Part shown: one piece after another, positions 60,650-64,000 of the stretch
How the letters are laid out: each line of letters opens with the position of its first letter
Position numbering within the stretch: the first letter of the stretch is position 1
Origin: Nageia nagi
Taxonomy: Eukaryota; Plantae; Pinophyta
Direction: 5' to 3'
DNA: 64,000 nucleotides
NCBI GenBank assembly: GCA_050084985.1
Contig: JBITNC010000001.1
Location: 135,036,001-135,100,000 of the forward strand
Made by a program: the position numbers and the translations under genes
Notes under the pieces: generated by a model
Databases searched by the model: none
Told to the model about the DNA's origin: nothing
What the model saw: the letters and a program-made list of their open reading frames with translations, nothing else

Positions 60650-63600
60650 AGTGACAAAGTAAGAAGATGGGATTAATCTCTATAGATAAAATCTATATGT
60701 AATTTTTTTCTAGTTTTTTTATGTGTGCTTGACCATACCACACATTCCTTTTGGATACTTGAAGGGAAATTTGTTTTATTTACTACTTACATTTACCTCA
60801 TCTAGGATGGTGTTGCCTTAGTTTTTAAATGGAATTTCTGAAAAACCTAGATGAATGTTAAAGTTATTAGAGTAAAGAATGGAACCAAGGAAAATTCCTC
60901 ACAAGTTTGTACTGAAGGTATTCCATGATGTAAATTATTTGTTCCTATAGTTCTTAATTTTTTTATTTGAGCTCAATTATGATTTTCAATGGTTGAAAAA
61001 TAATACCTTAGTTATTTTTTGGGTTGTATTCCCAATGATATGTTGATTTGTAGTTGCATTCAACATATTTGGTAATATTATGGCATCAAGGTTAAGAATA
61101 TTCAGAACTTGACTAAGGTTTTCCTCTTGTTTTATTTCTCATATCCTTCACATGCTCAAAAATTTCCTACTAAAGGTCCTTAGTCTATGAATATTTCTTT
61201 GTTCATTCTTCAACAATATACTAGGGATTTTACAATCAATGATGAGGCTTCTATATAAGTCCCTATATGGGTTGAGTTCTCTACCTCTTCATTTCTCTCT
61301 AGCTATTTTTTAAACTTTGGTAGCTTCTATCGAGAATTTTGTATGCTTTGAACCAATCAAGCTATATTTGGTTTGTCTTAACAAGCAAATGTATGTTAAA
61401 GTGAATTTGTTCAAGGACCTTCAAGAATTTGTTGATATAAAAATTGATGATATTACATTTGATAATGAATGATATAAATCAATTTTCATTACACCTACTA
61501 TTGTTGTTAATCTACAATGTATAAGATAAAAGATTTCCCTCTTATAGATCAATGGTAAATTCAAGTCTTGCTTGACTTTGAGATTCCTTCCTCTACCCCG
61601 ATCACTCCTTTGAATGGAGACAAAGGTGTTAAAGAGGGATGAACATAAGTGGTAAATTAAAAAAATTATCCTACAAAGTAATAGGATAAGTCAATGGAGT
61701 TTAACTCCACTCCACCACTAGATTCACCAGGTCTCCCATCATGCAACATTTTTTCATTTACCCTATTGTTGATTCTATTAGTTTCTCTTACCATGCAACC
61801 TTAACCTAAAACTCACAAGTCTTAGGTTGGTTTTTTCCTTCTCTTTTATGGTAGTGAAGATCCACTCTCCCACTGTTCCTCTTTTTTTTTCCTCCCTTGA
61901 GGAATTTGTCTCCTCCACATTCAAGCAAGCCCTTCTTAAGCTTAGGTATTTAGAGCTCATTACTCTCATATCCCTTCATATAGTAACTTAAAGATTCACT
62001 TGGATAAATGTCACCATATGAAGGAATTTAAACATCATATGGCCTTTATTTAGGATAATAATTAACAATTTACCCATAACTCTATTAAGTTTCTTGGATA
62101 GTTAGAAGACACTTGGGATATTATGGAAATTATGAACCTCAATAGGTCCTCATGATTTTTTTCTCATAAAATGTAAGAGGATTGATGGATAAAATTCAAA
62201 AATAAGTGATTCATAATGAGTTGGTGAATACCACTCAATCATCTAGTAATATAAATTTTCTCTATTTGAAAGAAGTTAGAATAATTGATTTCATTTTGCA
62301 TAGTACCTATAATTTCCTTTGGCTATGTAGCAATATTCATGCCACTAATCATTCCCTTGGAAAAGGAGCAATCACTTTCATTGCACCTAAGTGGTACTTA
62401 AATATAGTGATATGGAAAGTTAACTCTTCAAATCAAGCAGCTTAAACACCACTTCAGATAGATGGGCCACCTTTTGGTATTATCAATATTTATGCTTTGA
62501 ATGATAATCATGACAAATGCACCCTTTGGTATTGGCTTATCTTTTTTATGCCACAATATGGGTGCTTTGTGGTGATTTAAACATGATTGAGAAATGTTAT
62601 GATAAAATATGGTAGCTTCTCATACAATGGAATGTTAGGGAATATGAGGCCTAATTATTTATATGAAAAATAAGCTTTGGATTTTTTATCCCAATACTTA
62701 TATTTTACCTTATCATTTTCTCGGATCCATCTGTTTTACTTGGTCCAATTTCCAAGAAGACCATGATCAAGTTTTAAAGTGATTAGATAAAGTCATTCTT
62801 ACTAAAAAAATATAGCTTCAACTTTAATTGTATTTTCCCCTCTATACCTTTTATGTTTTCCATTTTTTATACCATTTTATTTTATCATATTCCTATTTTC
62901 TTTAATGTAGTTTCAAGTTCACTTTTTCCCTATTGCTTTCATTCTCATTTCCATTTAAATATACCTTTTATTTAACATTTAAGCATGAAGGCTCACATTT
63001 GCAAAATTTATAATCTTGTCCCTAGGAATTTTGGTTATGTAGTTTAGATTTCTTGGTGGAATGATGAAATTTTTTGTACAACCACCCTTATACGTACTCT
63101 CAAGGTGGAAGCAACTAAGTAAAAAAGATAATTGAAACTATCACTCTTAAAGTAAAGTTGGTGAAATCCTTTATCTATCTTGAATTTTATCCTTTTAGTT
63201 CTTCTTTGCAAGATCATGTTATCAACTTACATCATATGAACTTAGGAAGGTTGATCTCTATGAAGATTGTGCAGCTCAAATTCTAGCAAGACCACATTGG
63301 CTTAACATTTGTGAGGAAATATTTAGGACTATGTTATGCAAAATATGGAGAAAATGATTGCTTATTAGACTACCAAAAAAATTTCTTTATTAGGAATATT
63401 TCGTATTTTTTCTAAGGTTCTTGCTAAGTACTACTAATGTATATTATTATTCTTATTTGGTTCCATCGAAGAATTGCTACCAAAGGTTGAAGAAGCTTTT
63501 GAGAGATTTTCTATGAGAAAATATTTCCCAAAAAAAAGGGATTTTATAGAGTTTCTTGAAATATTTATTGTCTTTCTAAGAACTTTGGTGGCATGGGCCT

Positions 63601-64000
63601 TTTTTATTACCAATATCAAGGGTTAAAAAGGTTATTACAACTTTGAAGGAATTTGAGGCTTGAAATTTTTTTATATACCATTGCATATCAAAAAGTCTCC
63701 CCCATGGGAAGCAAGTTTGGCAAGGTCTTTCCTTACAAACTATTCTCATTGCTTCAGTCCATGTTAAGATAAAGGGTTCTTTTATCATTAAGAGTATTTT
63801 AAGAGACATCTCTCAAATTGTGGCTCTATTGGAAAGGGGAAGGTTGCAAAAAGGGTCTTCTATTTTAACCATCAATTTTTGGTGGTCACTTGTAATTATT
63901 TTCCAATGTCTCCCTTTAGCTATAAATTTCAATGAATTCATGCTCAACTATTCTATAACAAAGCAATTGCTTCCATTTCTACATTTTTGTCCTTTTAAAC
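60650..64000 (+). mobile_element. Degenerate L1 LINE (ORF1, endonuclease, ORF2 C-terminal region; RT core deleted), runs off the window
   Basis: ORF1 VPIWVEF (~61260); EN motifs FLYLKEVR, FGIINIYALND, WVLCGDLNMIE and FTWSN; post-RT YRVS*NIYCLSKNFGGMGL (~63545-63600). Confidence 0.85.

Noticed and set aside
63434-63809. Minus-strand ORFs suggesting an inverted second element
   Set aside because: The L1 motifs (CLSKNFGGMGL) are on the plus strand, so these ORFs are antisense noise.

Overview
AT-rich, CpG-depleted plant nuclear DNA. The TE lineages and PPR style suggest a gymnosperm/conifer, but that is inference. There is no complete intact gene. Bases 1-20.7 kb are a nest of decayed retroelements: a Copia LTR end, a Tat-type Ty3/gypsy pol split by a nested 6.2-kb LTR element that has gag and two protease-like domains but no visible RT/integrase, an L1 LINE, and a PLS-class PPR pseudogene. 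Bases 20.8-60.6 kb are a head-to-tail tandem array of five copies (A-E) plus the start of a sixth (F) of one module: [serine carboxypeptidase-like (clade II SCPL) 5' flank + exon 1 + start of intron 1 + minus-strand gypsy pol fragment fused to a minus-strand L1]. Only copy A has an intact exon 1 (21711-21966). B, C, D and E were each disabled by different deletions, and I found no exon 2 (GPGCSS) in the window. The copies act as empty-site controls that expose later insertions: a Copia element, a TIR element, SINE-like elements, an ORF1-only L1 with a 14-bp TSD and a second gypsy. A plus-strand L1 ends the window. Almost all ORFs in the supplied track are TE fragments or spurious. All alignments were made by eye, so boundaries of decayed elements are approximate.
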